A stretch of DNA of 64,000 bases from Octopus sinensis (lineage: Eukaryota): contig NC_043001.1 in the NCBI RefSeq assembly GCF_006345805.1, forward strand, positions 35,216,001 through 35,280,000, given 5' to 3'. A program made the translations under genes and the position numbers. Shown here one piece after another: positions 11,798-26,128 of this stretch. The first letter of the stretch is position 1. Each line of letters opens with the position of its first letter. The notes beneath the pieces are model-generated. The model saw only the letters and a list, made by a program, of their open reading frames with translations. It did no database searches and was not told where the DNA came from.

Positions 11798-13229
11798 CAT
11801 GTATGTATGTGTGTGCTTGTGTGTATGCATTGATTTTTTTACGTGCGTGTCTTCTGAGTGCCTGGTTAGTTAAACGTCAATAAATGTAATTTGAACCACT
11901 TCTAGAAAAAAAATAATAAAACAGGTGATACAGAATTCTCAGGTCGAAAAGGAATATTTTCAACAGCGTAGTAGACTCATTCTAAACTATGACCGATGCA
12001 ACAACCAGGTTACCTCCATGCAAACCAAACACATGATAACTTATGTAATTCTTCAGATCTTTGTTGTACTTTTCAGATTTAATGCAGATATTAATATAAA
12101 AGCCCCGGCTTTGTATAAAGGAATAAATGAATGAATCTATAAATTATATATATATATAATCTGAATCTAAACCTAGAAATGTTGAAATTGTTTTCGGTCT
12201 GGTATCTGCGTCTTTGATATAACTATCTGAAATAGATGCAGGGATGACTTAATTTAGTGAACATGTGTTAAATTTTTAAAAAATCACTATGTTTCGACTC
12301 TCGATCGATAGAAGCATAAGTTTACCGAATTTATTTTTCGTGAATTTTTTCTGTGAGAATCAATGAAGTATGACTACGATATTTCTGTAATGCCAAGATC
12401 TGTAACAAGTTATTTTCCACCTGAGCCATACTTATTATAAACATCTATTGACAAATACGAGATTATGTATATGCTGTCTGTTGGAGATAAAACTAACTTC
12501 CTAACATAAAATTGACATCAAAAGAAAATTTTATACTAAAAGGCGCGAAGAAAAAAATTAGTAAAAAAAAACGTAATTTATTCGTCTTCGGGGAATTCCT
12601 TTCGAATGTGTGATGTTGAAAACTTCAATCATAAGATTCGAGTAAATTTTTTTTCCATATTCTGCTTTTAGCACTTTTTTCTTTTGAAATTAAAAAAAAA
12701 AAAAACAATAAAAAAGAACGATTTCTAGGTATTTTCACATGTTCGAAAATAACATTAAAGTTACAAGTTCAATTTTCATTGAAAAAAAAAAAAACAGAAA
12801 GAAGAAAAAGTTACTTGCGGTTTGGAGATCAAAGAGAAAAAAAAATTATTTATACATTCATTGATTCCAAAGTAATAGTATGATTGGTAAACAGCAGCAA
12901 ATGTTTTTCGCAAGAAAATGGCAACTCATTCAATTCCATATTCAATTCCAGACGCATGTGATTAGGATGGATAATTCATTTCAAAATATTTCCTGCGAAT
13001 AAAAAGATTCAAAAATTCAACAACATGTAAAATTAAACTCAAAACACTAAATTTAATTTTGGAAGTTTCATTTGAACTTTTCACCTAGATTTCAATTTCC
13101 ATCACTAAATTGAGTAGCAATAACATCATTCTTACATGTCTGGTTATCATTCTTGATCGAACAGAGCTAGGATAAAAAAAAACTATGCCATCCGTTACAA
13201 TCTTCTATATTTATTTATCAATCTGTCTG

Positions 13230-13267
<38 letters not shown>

Positions 13268-13302
13268 ATATACATACATGTATACATGTATATATATATA
13301 TA

Positions 13303-13466
13303 TACTGTACTCTTTCGCTGCAACTTTCTCTCACTCTTTCTTCTGTTCACCAGCTCGCTTAGCCAGCGGGGTGGCGTCATTTGAAGGCTAAAACAATGCG
13401 AAGCGCATTGTGACCAGCGATGTGTAGCAACATCTGATAGTCTGGTCGGACACGGTGACACGGTGG
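13303..13466 (+). mobile_element. SINE family B, 3' half
   Basis: Matches the 3' part of 35805-36094 and 49216-49505. Confidence 0.85.
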
Positions 13467-13592
13467 TATATATATATATATATATATATACGTAGACATA
13501 TATCAGTGTTCATATATTTAAATATATATGTATGTGTGTATATATATATATATATACGTAGACAAATATGAGTGTGTTCATATATTTAAATA

Positions 13593-13632
<40 letters not shown>

Positions 13633-15129
13633 GAGTATATGTCATGTATGCATGTGTATGCATACATAGCTGTGTTCATTTATTCGTCCACTCATACACA
13701 CGTACACACGTGTATGTACATGTATGCGGATGTGTATTTAGGCATATTCATTGAAGTCTATTTTGCAATGTCTCCTGCCAGATTTAAGACGGAATAAGGA
13801 GATTTGAAAGAGATGTACCAGACATATTTGTTACGTAAAAGACTCATTATCACTTTTAATACGTACCGAAAGTCAGGTATCGAGTTTGTTAATCGCTCAC
13901 CATCACGCTCCTTGCTTCTATATTGTTGCTGCTGTTACACTTATTTCGGAGCGACCATTCAGCAATAATTGCAGCCGTGGTGAATTCTGGTGCAACTTTT
14001 TTCTATTCTGGTCGTTGAAAGAGCCTCGACATTATTTCTATTTACGGCGGTCACCTTATCCAGGGCAGACACTGCTTCTGAAATTTACATGCATCCAGTG
14101 GAGTTGTGCTGCTTCAGTCATCCTTCATTACCATCGAAGTAGCAGACTCACTTCCAATGGATTCCCGACCTACCACGGTGATGTGGAGAAGACAAGAAAC
14201 AATCTATAGCCTTTATAGAAAAGAGTCTGAGAAGTCATTTTCAACAGTCCACAATAGCATTGATTACTGTAGATGTGTTGCATAGCTCCTCTAAAGCAAC
14301 ATGTTGGAAGCTGAAGTACTCTACCTAGATAGCCGTATTGGATATCTGCATTGAAATTAAAAATACAAACATTCTTTGTAAGACTGGTCACTCATGGTGT
14401 TAATGCGGCTTCTTTTCCTCGCTGCAATCATATTTGCCATTTCTATTGTTACGGCAGCAGGGACAATGATTAACTTTTTAAGTTAGACTATCGGACAAAA
14501 TGCGTAACGGTACTACTTTCGGCTCTCAACCTTCTGAGTTCAAATCCCGTTGATATCAATTGTACATTTCATCCTCCAGTAGGAGACTGAATAAAATACA
14601 GCCAATTAGTAGGTCACTAGACCTCCTAAATTAGTAAGAATTATTACCAGAAACTCACGTTACTTTATGTGGGGTTTTTTTAATTACTCCGAAAATCAAC
14701 TCCTTTCTATTCGTAATTCTGCTGCCGATAAAATAAAGTATCAATCTAGTATGTTTGGAGAGGGCTCTTTTAATCAAATATAGCTCACTGGGGAAGACTA
14801 TTTTAATCAAATATAAACTCCACAAACATGAGTCGAACACCGAACCTATGTCGTAAATCACTATTACCAGATGCATGAGCCTAACGCCTACCTATTGCAC
14901 TGAAATCCAACCTACATCAACTTTGCCTTAAAACTCTAAGTTTGATAATATAAATAGCGTTGGTCTGTGTTGGTCACTTGACAATACTCTTTCCTATATT
15001 CTGTTATCTTGTACCTTACCACAATGTCATTAATTGAAAATTAAAATCCAGGCACATTTTTCCTTTGAAGGAAATATTTCGTGTGTTTGTGTTCAACCTT
15101 GTCACTGTGGGAATTCAATATCATCCCTG

Positions 15130-15563
15130 GGATCTTTTCGGTTTGAACGGCAGTTTTTTAAAATAATTTCCATGTAACTAAACACTTTTAAACTTCGTAT
15201 ACTGGTAGAATGTGTTTATAAAACATCTTTTACTCTTGGCTTTATTGAGAAAATTCTATAGTTTGTAAGATATTTGTTGTTTTTTTTTCTTCAATTTCTG
15301 CAATTTCAACCAATCAATGACGTCTATTGAGGTGAAAACATTCTGTGCCGTATGAATATGTCCCTCGTTTAAGAAACAGATTGGGTTTATTTACATTTCT
15401 GAAGAAAAAAGAGATACCTTTCCCCCACCCCTAACCCTAACCCTAACTAACCCTAACCCTAAAACAGATTGAAATGCAATAGATCGATACTAGGGTCATA
15501 ATTATGGGTGACAATTTCATATGACACCGCTAGAAAAAATGCCGGTCAAACCGAAAAAAAACC
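15130..15563. mobile_element. Non-autonomous TIR element with internal (CCCTAA)n
   Basis: Imperfect TIR of about 28 bp (GGATCTTTTCGGTTTGAACGGCAGTTTT / AAAAATGCCGGTCAAACCGAAAA). Telomere-like repeats at 15429-15462. Confidence 0.7.
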
Positions 15564-15989
15564 ATCACTGAACTACTATATGTATGGATGTACAGCTTAA
15601 AGTCTTTTATAGATAAATAAATAGAAATGCTTTGACTCTTTCAACAGCTTCGATAGCATTGCCTTGACATTCTGAAAGGCTGATCATATTTCTGGATGGA
15701 AAGAAGCAAGAACGTCTATTGCATTAATTGAGATACTAAATATAAACAACTAATTTAACGACGTGGTGTTGTTGACATCAGGCATTATCGATAATACATA
15801 CGCGCAAGTAAACATATAAGTATTTATGAGTGTGTTGACTGTGTGTGTGTGCATGTGCGTATTTATAATGTTTATATGTACGCATATACACACGTGCACT
15901 TTCATATATTTGGCACCTGAGTCTCTAATGCATTATAATTCTAAATGTATACACGCGCACACACATATACGTGTCTCTCACTTTCCCCC

Positions 15990-16085
<96 letters not shown>

Positions 16086-16167
16086 TATCGCTTAGAGACC
16101 CTAAATTATAATCTGTATATATATATATATATATATACAGATTATAATTTAGGGTATCTAAGCGATA
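16086..16167. repeat. Palindrome: 30-bp arms around a (TA)n centre, embedded in (TA)n
   Basis: TATCGCTTAGAGACCCTAAATTATAATCTG / CAGATTATAATTTAGGGTATCTAAGCGATA, one mismatch. Confidence 0.9.
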
Positions 16168-16209
<42 letters not shown>

Positions 16210-16436
16210 CAAACCGACAGTAGATAGATAGACAAACTGATAGATAAATAACTTCTTTATAAACTAAAAAGGAAGATTTATTATAAGACACTTAAGTACG
16301 TAGCTGCTTGCCACGTGCATTGGAAAATTTAAAATAGTTTCTCACTGATTTATTTTACACAAAGACAAGAGAAGCGCCAAATGCGGGGTGCTCGGTATGG
16401 TTGGTCTAGCTGCCAAAGTTCTTTTCGGGCATCATA

Positions 16437-16475
<39 letters not shown>

Positions 16476-17685
16476 TATAATAATGATAATAATAAATTGA
16501 TTATGTAATCTTAAATACGTTGTTTACAATTAATATTGGCTGGTTATGAACGGACCGCTTTTATAAAGAGTATACTAGTTTAGATCTGACCCGAGTTTAA
16601 GCGATCACGATAATATACATAAACGAAATATATCATAATACGAGAGAGTAATTCTTATTTGAAAGTTGCCAGGTTTCAACAGAATCTGAATTGCCTTTAC
16701 ATATTTGATAAGTCAATAATGCAAGCTGTTAATAATGAGGAAATTATCGAATAAATGACCCCGTTTTATGGTATTACTTAAAGGATAATTACAGAGTATA
16801 TTATATCGATCATAGACTCGAGTTAAAAGCTAATTGCAGTGTAATCGCATATAGAACCATAAAATCATAAAATGACGTGGAACCTATATTATCAGTCGTG
16901 ACTTCAATGCCATTATAGCTATTACTCATTGCATATAAATAATTCTAATCACGATCGATTTATCAAATATGTTACAACGTTAAATATTTACATTGTAACA
17001 GATAGCTGAAGTTCTTTTATTATATTATCTGCTACAACAAGTTACGACATTTTAAAGCGTATTTACAACATTCCGTAATAATACACAATTTCATGTATCA
17101 ATTGGTGTGACATTCATTCAGCTTCGCAATGGTATTAGTCACGTAAGTAAAGTACATTTGCTTTCAATCTGCAGCCGAGTCCCCTTCACGTTTTATACTC
17201 GCTCCGGGCTTCTTGCGCAAACGTTCGCTTCCACAAAATTAAACAATTACTAAGCCTTCATATTAACCAATGATGACGTGTCAGCGTATACAATACAGAA
17301 CAATACTGAAACATGACGCTGCTGGCGGCTATTGTCTGACACAAACACGTGGACGTTTACTGTACTACGATGCTGCGAGTCAGAATGAACCACCGAACCA
17401 GTTTTCCGCTACTATTTTATCTTCGATTAAATAGTAATCAATTCAATCAATAGAAAAGATGAAGCATAGTTTTATTGTGGAATCTTTTCAGGATTTCCTT
17501 TTCAATAACTCTCCAATCAGGGAACAGGTGATGTTTGCTTTGTTTTGCATTGATTTCAAAAGGTGTTTACAGGTGTGGGGATGACTAGTTTGATTGCTGG
17601 AAGGCTGGTCAGTCAGTTAGATTGATGGTCTGGCGGGTGGCTGGTTCACCTGTTGCATTCTTGAGTGAGTGGTCGGCCTATTCCA

Positions 17686-17959
<274 letters not shown>

Positions 17960-18057
17960 ATAGATGATGTGATTTTGAAAGGCCGGTTGCTTTGTTGGAA
18001 ACCAAGTATGAAGTAGGTGCGGTTAATACGCAGGTGGTTGGTTTCCAGGACAAGAAT

Positions 18058-18310
18058 GTGTGTGTGTATGTGTGTGTGTGTGTGTGTGTGCGTGCGTGCG
18101 CGAGTGTGAGAATGTTCCCCACCACCGCTTGATAACCGTGTTACGTCCCCGAAACCTGGTGGTTCGGCACTAGAGACGATCGAATAAGTACCAGGTTTAA
18201 AAAAACAAGAAATAAGTAATTGGGTCGATTCGTTCCACCAAAAATTCTTCAAAGTTGTACCACAGCATAGCCGCAGTGTAATGACTGCAACAAGTAAAAG
18301 GTAAAAGATA
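18058..18310 (+). mobile_element. SINE family A-related 3' half
   Basis: CGCTTGA.AACCG..., GGGTCGAT and the CAGCATAGCCGCAGT..AATGACTG..ACAAGTAAAAG tail. Confidence 0.75.
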
Positions 18311-18351
18311 CGATGTGCCACAGATAATGTGTTAGTAAACTGTCTCAATAA

Positions 18352-18626
18352 GGCGGGAAGCTGGCAGAAACGTTAGCACTCCGGGCGAATGCTTAGCGGT
18401 ATTTCGACTGTCTTTACGTTCTCAGTTCATATTCCGCCGAGGTCGACTTTGCCTTTCATCCTTTCGGGGTTGATTGAATAAGTACCAGTTACTATCTGGG
18501 GTCGATATAATCGACTTAATCCGTTTGTCTGTCCAGGGTTGTCCTCTCTGTGTCTAACCCCTTGTGGGTAGTATCAAAGGCTGCGAGCTGCCAGAAACGT
18601 TAGCACGCCGGGCGAAATGGTTAGCA
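18352..18626 (+). mobile_element. SINE family D, one full copy plus a second head
   Basis: GAGCTGGCAGAAACGTTAGCAC.CCGGGCGAA head present twice, with the body between. Confidence 0.85.
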
Positions 18627-19173
18627 GATCGACCCAGTACGCAACTTGTAGTTAATTTATCGACCCCGAAAGGATGAAAGGCAAAGTCGACCTCGGCGGA
18701 ATTTGAACTCAGAACGTAACGGCAAACCAAATACCTATTTCTTTACTACCTACAAGGGGCTAAACACAGGACAAACAAGGACAGACAAACAGATTAAGTC
18801 GATTATATCGACCCCAGAGCGTAGCTGGTACTTATTTAATCGACCTTGAAAGGATGAAAGGCAAAGTCGACCTCGACAGAATTTGAACTCCGTACGTAGC
18901 GGCAGACGAAATACCGCTACGCATTTCACCCGCGTGCTAACGTTTCTTATTTCTTAATGCCCACAAGGGACTACACACACAGGGGACAAACAAAGACAAA
19001 CAGATTAAGTCGATTATATCGAACCCAGCGCGTAACTGGTACTTAATTTATCGACCTCGAAAGGATGAAAGGCAAAGTCGACCTCGGCGGAATTTGAACT
19101 CAGAACGTAGCGGCAGACGAAATACCGCTCAGCATTTCGCCCGGTTTTGCTAACGTTTCTGCCAGCACGCCGT
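18627..19173 (-). mobile_element. Three tandem family D SINE units in reverse orientation
   Basis: GAAAGGATGAAAGGCAAAGTCGACCTCG occurs at about 18668, 18848 and 19059. Confidence 0.85.
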
Positions 19174-20319
19174 CTTACGTTGACATATATTGAAGCAGAA
19201 GATTATTCTGATAGAGTACGTGTGTAATTTATAAAGACATTTAGCTTATGTCAGTCAGTTCATTATACTGAACAGAACACCACATCTGATAGAGTGTTAA
19301 AGTATGTTATATCATTTTCCTTAATGGCATTTACAAGATATGCACGATACAGTTATCTTTCAAGATTAACTTGAATTGTATATAATCTATTCTATCGTAA
19401 ATGCAAATCAGAAAACGTCAACAACACTGATGAAAATTCTGTATGATTTAACCGATAAATAGCGATGGTTATGCAGTGTTTAGTATTACATTGCAAGTAT
19501 AGTTGTTATTTTTTTTATATTATCCAAAGGAAAATTGATATATATAAGCTGCAACGCTCTTTGCCTATTGCCTGGGTAGTGTTAATGTATAAAGTAAGAT
19601 TAAGACAGCGGGAGCAAATCAATTGCTTATATTATCTTTCCCTTTGATAAAATATATAAATAAAATGCAAATAAATCGATGACTAAATAAATAGAAGCGA
19701 AAATATTTCGATGAAGCTATTAAACAGAAAAATAGAAAACTAAGTTTATTTTTAAAGTAGAAAGATAATTACTAAAGAGTTTAGACTGAAATATTGCGTT
19801 TAGCTACCTTTACGACGTATTGTAATTAGATACCTGTTCCCTCATAGCTATCTGCAGCGAAACTGAGGCACTTGTCACTTTCAATACATTGAATTTCAAG
19901 TGGCAATTAAGTGGAATGTTAACATCGTTTCCGTAGTAATTTCACGGGAAAGTGACTTGGTGGTTAGACTAGCTTGTTGCAATTATACGCGCACACACGC
20001 AAATACACACACACACACACGCGCATACATATGCACACATATATGAAATCATGCACACACGCACACACAGATAATGAGAGAGAAAAGAGAGAGATACGGA
20101 GAGAGTGAAAAAGAGAAGGAGAGAGAGATTGATTGACACAATATTATATATATATATATACATGTATATATACATGTATATATACATATATATATGTATG
20201 TATATACACACATTATATATATATGTATATATATATATGCATACAAAGAGACACACACATGTGCATTTATAATTATAGGGAAACAGGCAAACTATTTCAA
20301 TATGTCTATATTAGGTTAA

Positions 20320-20353
<34 letters not shown>

Positions 20354-22043
20354 TATTAGAAAATAAATTCGGTAGCTCTGTATGAATACTGCGTTATCGC
20401 ACGAAAGTATCTTTTGGAAAAGGAAGAAGTAAAAAAAGATACAAATACACTATGGCTATGTAGTTCGCTGGTATACATATGATCTTTTCCACTGCACGAC
20501 ACATATGAAAAGTATTGCTTAACATAACCTCATGGATAAACAGTGATTGTGAGTTGTGAGTGAAATTTGGTTGGTGGAAACTATGAGAATCTGTCTTACA
20601 AGCTTGCACTCATGCATGGGCATACACAGCAAACATACATACACACAGACATATATAATACATATATATATACATACACATTGACGCGTATAAATGTATG
20701 TTATATATACATATATAGAGAACGAGAACGAGACAGAGAGAGAGATGACCTATGCCTGCCCGCATGAATGCATGCATGCATACATATATACATACATACA
20801 TATATACTACTTTCTTCATGGCTGTCTAATCCTGACTGAGGAAGACCATCAATGACCATTGTTCAGGAAAAATGACAGCGATTCCTGTGCATGAAGGTTA
20901 CTGCACCAGCAGTCTGTTTCACCAGGTTTCGTGTCTGCGGTTTCCCTGCTCGCAGCGGTGCCCTCTAATTCGAGTGAGCATCGGATAGTTACCTCGCAGT
21001 CGATTGCACATCCGAACATTTTAGGTCAAATAAGACGTGTACTGCATCTTACAGACCCTCTCCATCCCACTGACATGATGTAGAAACAATCCAGGGCAAG
21101 ACATCCAATGTGAATATGGGCCGAATGCTCAGGAACGTGAGAGCACCATGATGTAATGCGCAAGCAAACGATCACCAAACTGTGCAATGTCATTCCTTAC
21201 AGATCTGGTTTTATATCAAAGTGATCTAGAGACATACTTTAACAAAAGCCAAGGGGTACCTCTCTCTCCCCCTATCTCTCCCTCTCCCTCTCCCCCCTAC
21301 CCCTCTCTCTCTCAGTGGTCTTCCAACACTCCGGAATTTCTGTTATTGCTAGATACTCGTCGAACGTTCACTAGGTTTATCCGTCTTTTTTGACAGGTCT
21401 CGTTCTTGTCTTGCTTGATTGCTACCAATCCACATCACCAGACAAGGCTATGTGCGGTGCCAATTTAGTCGCTGACGGTCCAAACATGCAACGGATTGCA
21501 CTGGATTCCATGTTACAATTAGCACTAATGAGAAGCCTCACCTGTGACCTGACATAATGTATACATACTTTCATACATATACACATATATGCACACACGT
21601 GTGTGTGTGTGTGTTTGTGTGTTCATGTATATATGTTTATGTCAACAAAGCGTGAGGACCAGTTCCTGCGGTGTTCAATAACTCCGTGGACAGAAACAGT
21701 ACCTGTGTCCAACTAGGGTATATTCCCTTATTTCAATGTGAACTCTTAGCATTTTTCAACCTGCGAGAATAAAAGAATAGCAATATACAAAATACTGTGA
21801 CACTATATGACCCACAACAGCTCGCGAAGGTATTAACACGGTATAATCCAGAAAAATGTAAGGAAACTGGGGTAAAGACCCCAACTATTTCGTTAAGTTT
21901 TCCCGACTTCTAATATGATATTTCATCACTGCTTTATAGCATTTTATGGACAAGAGAATGAAGAAGTCTTGAATCAAATGGATTATGCAATGTGGATGAA
22001 GGAGGAATCACTAGTGTATATTAACTTACCAAATATAGGAATG

Positions 22044-22380
22044 TGAAGCCGCATCGCTCAGTGTTTAGAGCTTCGGGTTCGCAATCGTGAGGTAGTGAGT
22101 TCGATTCCCGGATCGGGCTGTATGTTGTGTTCTTGAGCAAGACACTTTATTTCATGTTGATGCAGTTCACACAGCTGTAGAACTGAGTTGCGACATTACC
22201 GGTTCCAAACTATGTAAGCCTTTGCCTTTTCCTTAGACAATATCGGTAGAGAGGAGAGGGTAGAATGCATGGGTGACTGCTGATCGTCCATAAATAACCT
22301 TGCCCAGACTTGTGTCTTGGAAGGTAACTTTCTAGCTGCGGTCCCATGGTCATTCATAACCGAAGGAGGACTTTACCTTT
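22044..22380 (+). mobile_element. tRNA-derived SINE with family-C-type head and a different tail
   Basis: GCTCAGTG..TAGAGC, GAGTTCGATTCCCGG, GTTGTGTTCTTGAGCAAGACACTTTATTTCA. Confidence 0.7.
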
Positions 22381-22555
22381 TATCTATATAAGGATGTGGC
22401 GAGACTGAATCGCTAGGCAGGGAAATAAATGATTAATATAAACACCTGGGTAGCATTTCAATCTGCATGAGCTCGTGGCATGCTTAATAGCGCATCATAG
22501 ATAAAACGGTCGGATGTTCAACCGACTAGAAATAGAAACTAAATCTCTTAATTCT

Positions 22556-22738
22556 TTTCTTCTCGAGGCACATGGCCCGAAATTTTGGGGGAGGGGGCCA
22601 GTCGATTAGATTGACCCTAGTACGCAACTGGTACTGAATTTATCGACCTCGAAAGGATGAAGGCAAAGTTGACTTCGGTGGAGTTTGAACTCAGAACGTA
22701 AAGCCAGATGTGCTAACATTTCTGCCAGCTCGCCGCCT
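22556..22738 (-). mobile_element. SINE family D variant
   Basis: Minus strand has GGCGGCGAGCTGGCAGAAA and the TTTGCCTTCATCCTTTCGAGGTCGATAAA domain. Confidence 0.75.
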
Positions 22739-24103
22739 TCTAAATTTCTTAATTCATAAACGTATCATCATTACAAGGAATTTTTATTAGATAGCGTATT
22801 TATATGTATAACATGAGTAGCAAAAATGACTAGAGGGTTATGGAGGGAATGTTTGTGACAGCAATTCTACTGAAATATTGCTGTCCTGGGGTTAAAAAAG
22901 AAGATCGAAAATAGATGAAAGTATTAGAAGAAACAAAATATAATTTATTGAAATTACATATAACGATGCGGATTTCAGTTTTTAAAATCACTTGATGAAC
23001 TAATAAATGGTTTTACAAAAATATTTACAAATGTTTGCTGATTTATATGTACAGATTTATGTGCTCAGTGTTAGCGAGACATTGCGATGATAGATATTGG
23101 TATAGTTAGGAGCTAATCATGTACAAGATACTAAGAAATTGCAAAATAGTAAATCCCATGTTGATTACATATCCGAGTGGCTTCAAAAGTTAAATAATTT
23201 TTTTTGTCATTATGGCACTTCCACATTTCCCCAAAGCCTAACTAATTAGTGTTTTCTGAACACGAAGTATTATCTTAAGGACGCAATTAATTTTTCTGCT
23301 CAATTAGTGAATTTGAAATGGCTAATTTGGAGAAGACTGCAGAGCAGCATCCGTTGAGCATATGCTTCCAAACACATTGCTTCACAATTCATATTATATA
23401 TCTACATAAAAAAAAATCTCCATAATTATTATTGCAAATGCTTACCATACATAGTTCCTAAAATGTAAACGGGAAAACGAAATTATAGTTTTCAGATAAA
23501 CAAAGTGAAAAATCCTCATGGACTTTTAAAATTCACTTTCTGTTAGCGGAATATAAACGGCTGCCAGACATTTTTTATTTAACACATATTTGTTATGCTA
23601 TTATTATAAAAATTGTAGCAACGAAGAAAAGCATATACCTAAAGAGGATTGCGTGTAGTGCTTTATATCGACGCGTATTTCGTCACTGCGAGAGGATTTT
23701 TCTATTTAATTAGAATTACATCGCTGCTTCATATTCATCCTTGGATTGTAACTTTGCTTTAAGCCAGAATGTTTGTTAAACATAGCGTGCATAGAGGGAA
23801 TAATTCTACTGCTGTTCCAAACTTCCAATAGCTTCTAATAGTTTATCATATTTAACAATATTGTCGCATTGAAAAAGCATACTTCGTTTGATAGAAATGC
23901 ACTGCACTATAGCAAAATAATAGTTAATACGAGTGCATAAAAAAACTTCATATAATATATGGAAAAAGTTAATATTGATTGCAGGAATGTAGAAAGAAAA
24001 AAAGAAAGAAAATGGTTGAAAAAATTTAATGGTTGAAAAGAAAATGGTTGAAAAGATTTAAGCTTCACCTAAATTGTAAAAGGTATGAAGAGAGATACTG
24101 TAA

Positions 24104-24497
24104 CGGAGTGGCTGTGTGGTAAGTAGCTTGTTTACCAACCACATGGTTCCGGGTTCAGTCCCACTGCGTGGCACCTTGGGCAAGTGTCTTCTACTATAGC
24201 CTCGGGCCGACCAAAACCTTGTGAGTGGATTTGGTAGACGGAAACTGAAAGAAGCCTGTCGTATATATGTATATATATATATGCGTTTGTGTGTCTGTGT
24301 TTGTCTCCCTAGCATTGCTTGACAACCAATGCTGGGGTGTTTATGTCCCCGTTACTTAGCGGTTCGGCAAAAGACACCGATAGAATAAGTGCTGGGCTTA
24401 CAAAAGAATAAGTCCCGGAATCGAGTTGCTCGATTAAAGGCGGCGCTCTAGCATGGCCGCAGTCAAATGACTGAAACAAGTAAAAGAGTAAAAGAGA
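24104..24497 (+). mobile_element. SINE family A, full length
   Basis: Complete head, core and tail ending in GTAAAAGA repeats. Confidence 0.9.
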
Positions 24498-24581
24498 AAA
24501 AGAGTATATATTTTGTGTTAAAAATAGTGTATAAATACTTCAACAAATGATGAAGTGAGTAAATTTGTATGTAAGTATTTG

Positions 24582-24802
24582 CGAAGGGGCTGTTGAAAGG
24601 TTCCCCCTTTGAGACTATGGCGATTGACTTGTTTGGACGCCCAACTTTCTGAGTTTCTTTGTAGGTATTAGAAACTCTGAAGGACCGCTGCAATAAGTGT
24701 GCAAATTTGAAAAGGGGGCAATGTGATGAATAACATCAATATTAATCGATCCCCTTGTATTTTCTTCTAACTTAAGCCGTGAAACTTTTCAGCAACACCT
24801 CG
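24582..24802. mobile_element. Mariner-type MITE or internally deleted mariner
   Basis: Imperfect TIRs CGAAGGGGCTGTTGAAAGGTTCC / GAAACTTTTCAGCAACACCTCG followed by TA. Confidence 0.55.
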
Positions 24803-25105
24803 TAATTATACATACATACACACACACGCACATACTATGTCTTAGAGAAATTTCGACGCAAACCGTGTTGCCATGCTAGGGAACCGCCAGCGTAATCACC
24901 ATTTTAGGGGCAATTCTTATCTCTTGGTTTAGCAGTGAATTCGACACAGCTGCCTCCTTTGAAGTTTCTTACCGTAATATAGATCCATCTAGGAAATTGG
25001 TCAGCAGGAGATCTAGTGGTTTCTTGAAAATATCAGCGTCTACTCCCTGAAGGTCCCTCAAAATTATTGACGTTTACATTGTGTGTGTATATATATCTAT
25101 ATCTA

Positions 25106-25136
<31 letters not shown>

Positions 25137-25503
25137 GTCTCTATCTATCTGTCTGTCTATCTCTCTCTCTTTCTCTCTCTCTCTCTCTATATATATATAT
25201 ACACACAGTCATATATTTGTATGTATATATTTATATATGCATATATATATATGTGTGTGAACATATATATGTATGTTTAAAGAGAGAGTATATATATATA
25301 GTGAGAGAGAGAGAGAGTGATTTTTACTTGAATATTCGTGTATATACATGAAGTCGAGATAGTTTTGATAAATGGTGCATACTTATTGTATGCATTTACT
25401 ATACCTGTATATCCGTATATCTTTCAAATTCATGCTACAAGCTAAAATGTGTTATTTATCCTAAATCATAAATAACCGCCCATAAGAACCAAATCCATAC
25501 ACA

Positions 25504-25541
<38 letters not shown>

Positions 25542-26017
25542 GCACAAATATATATATACATATACATATCTATATATATTTATACATATACATATATATA
25601 TATATATACACATACGTACATATATTTGAACACATACATACATACATAATACTTACATGCATTCATACGTACGCACGTACATATATACCTTCATACAGGG
25701 TTTTATTAATATTTACGCACATACATAAATATTTAACTACGTCGTTTACTACAAAATTTCAAACCTGCTGATAATTATATTTTTCTAGTCTAAATATCAA
25801 ACTGTATGACTAATTGTCAGCTCAGGGATTTACAAGTTGCATATTTTCAGGCTTTTGTTATATTGTTTACAATATCTGACTCAACCTGTTCGAGCAAATC
25901 TTTGCAATGTGTACAGCTGCAACGGTAATATAAAGCAAAGTAAAAATCGATACGGAATGAATCCATTCCGACATTATAAATATATGTATATATGTTTGTC
26001 TGTGCATGGCTGGATAC

Positions 26018-26128
<111 letters not shown>

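Noticed and set aside
13790-14410. GC-richer stretch resembling an old LINE fossil (similarly 20830-21540)
   Set aside because: I could not recover a diagnostic peptide motif by eye, so it is left unannotated.
15429-15462. True telomere or chromosome-fusion scar
   Set aside because: Only about five units, located inside a TIR element.
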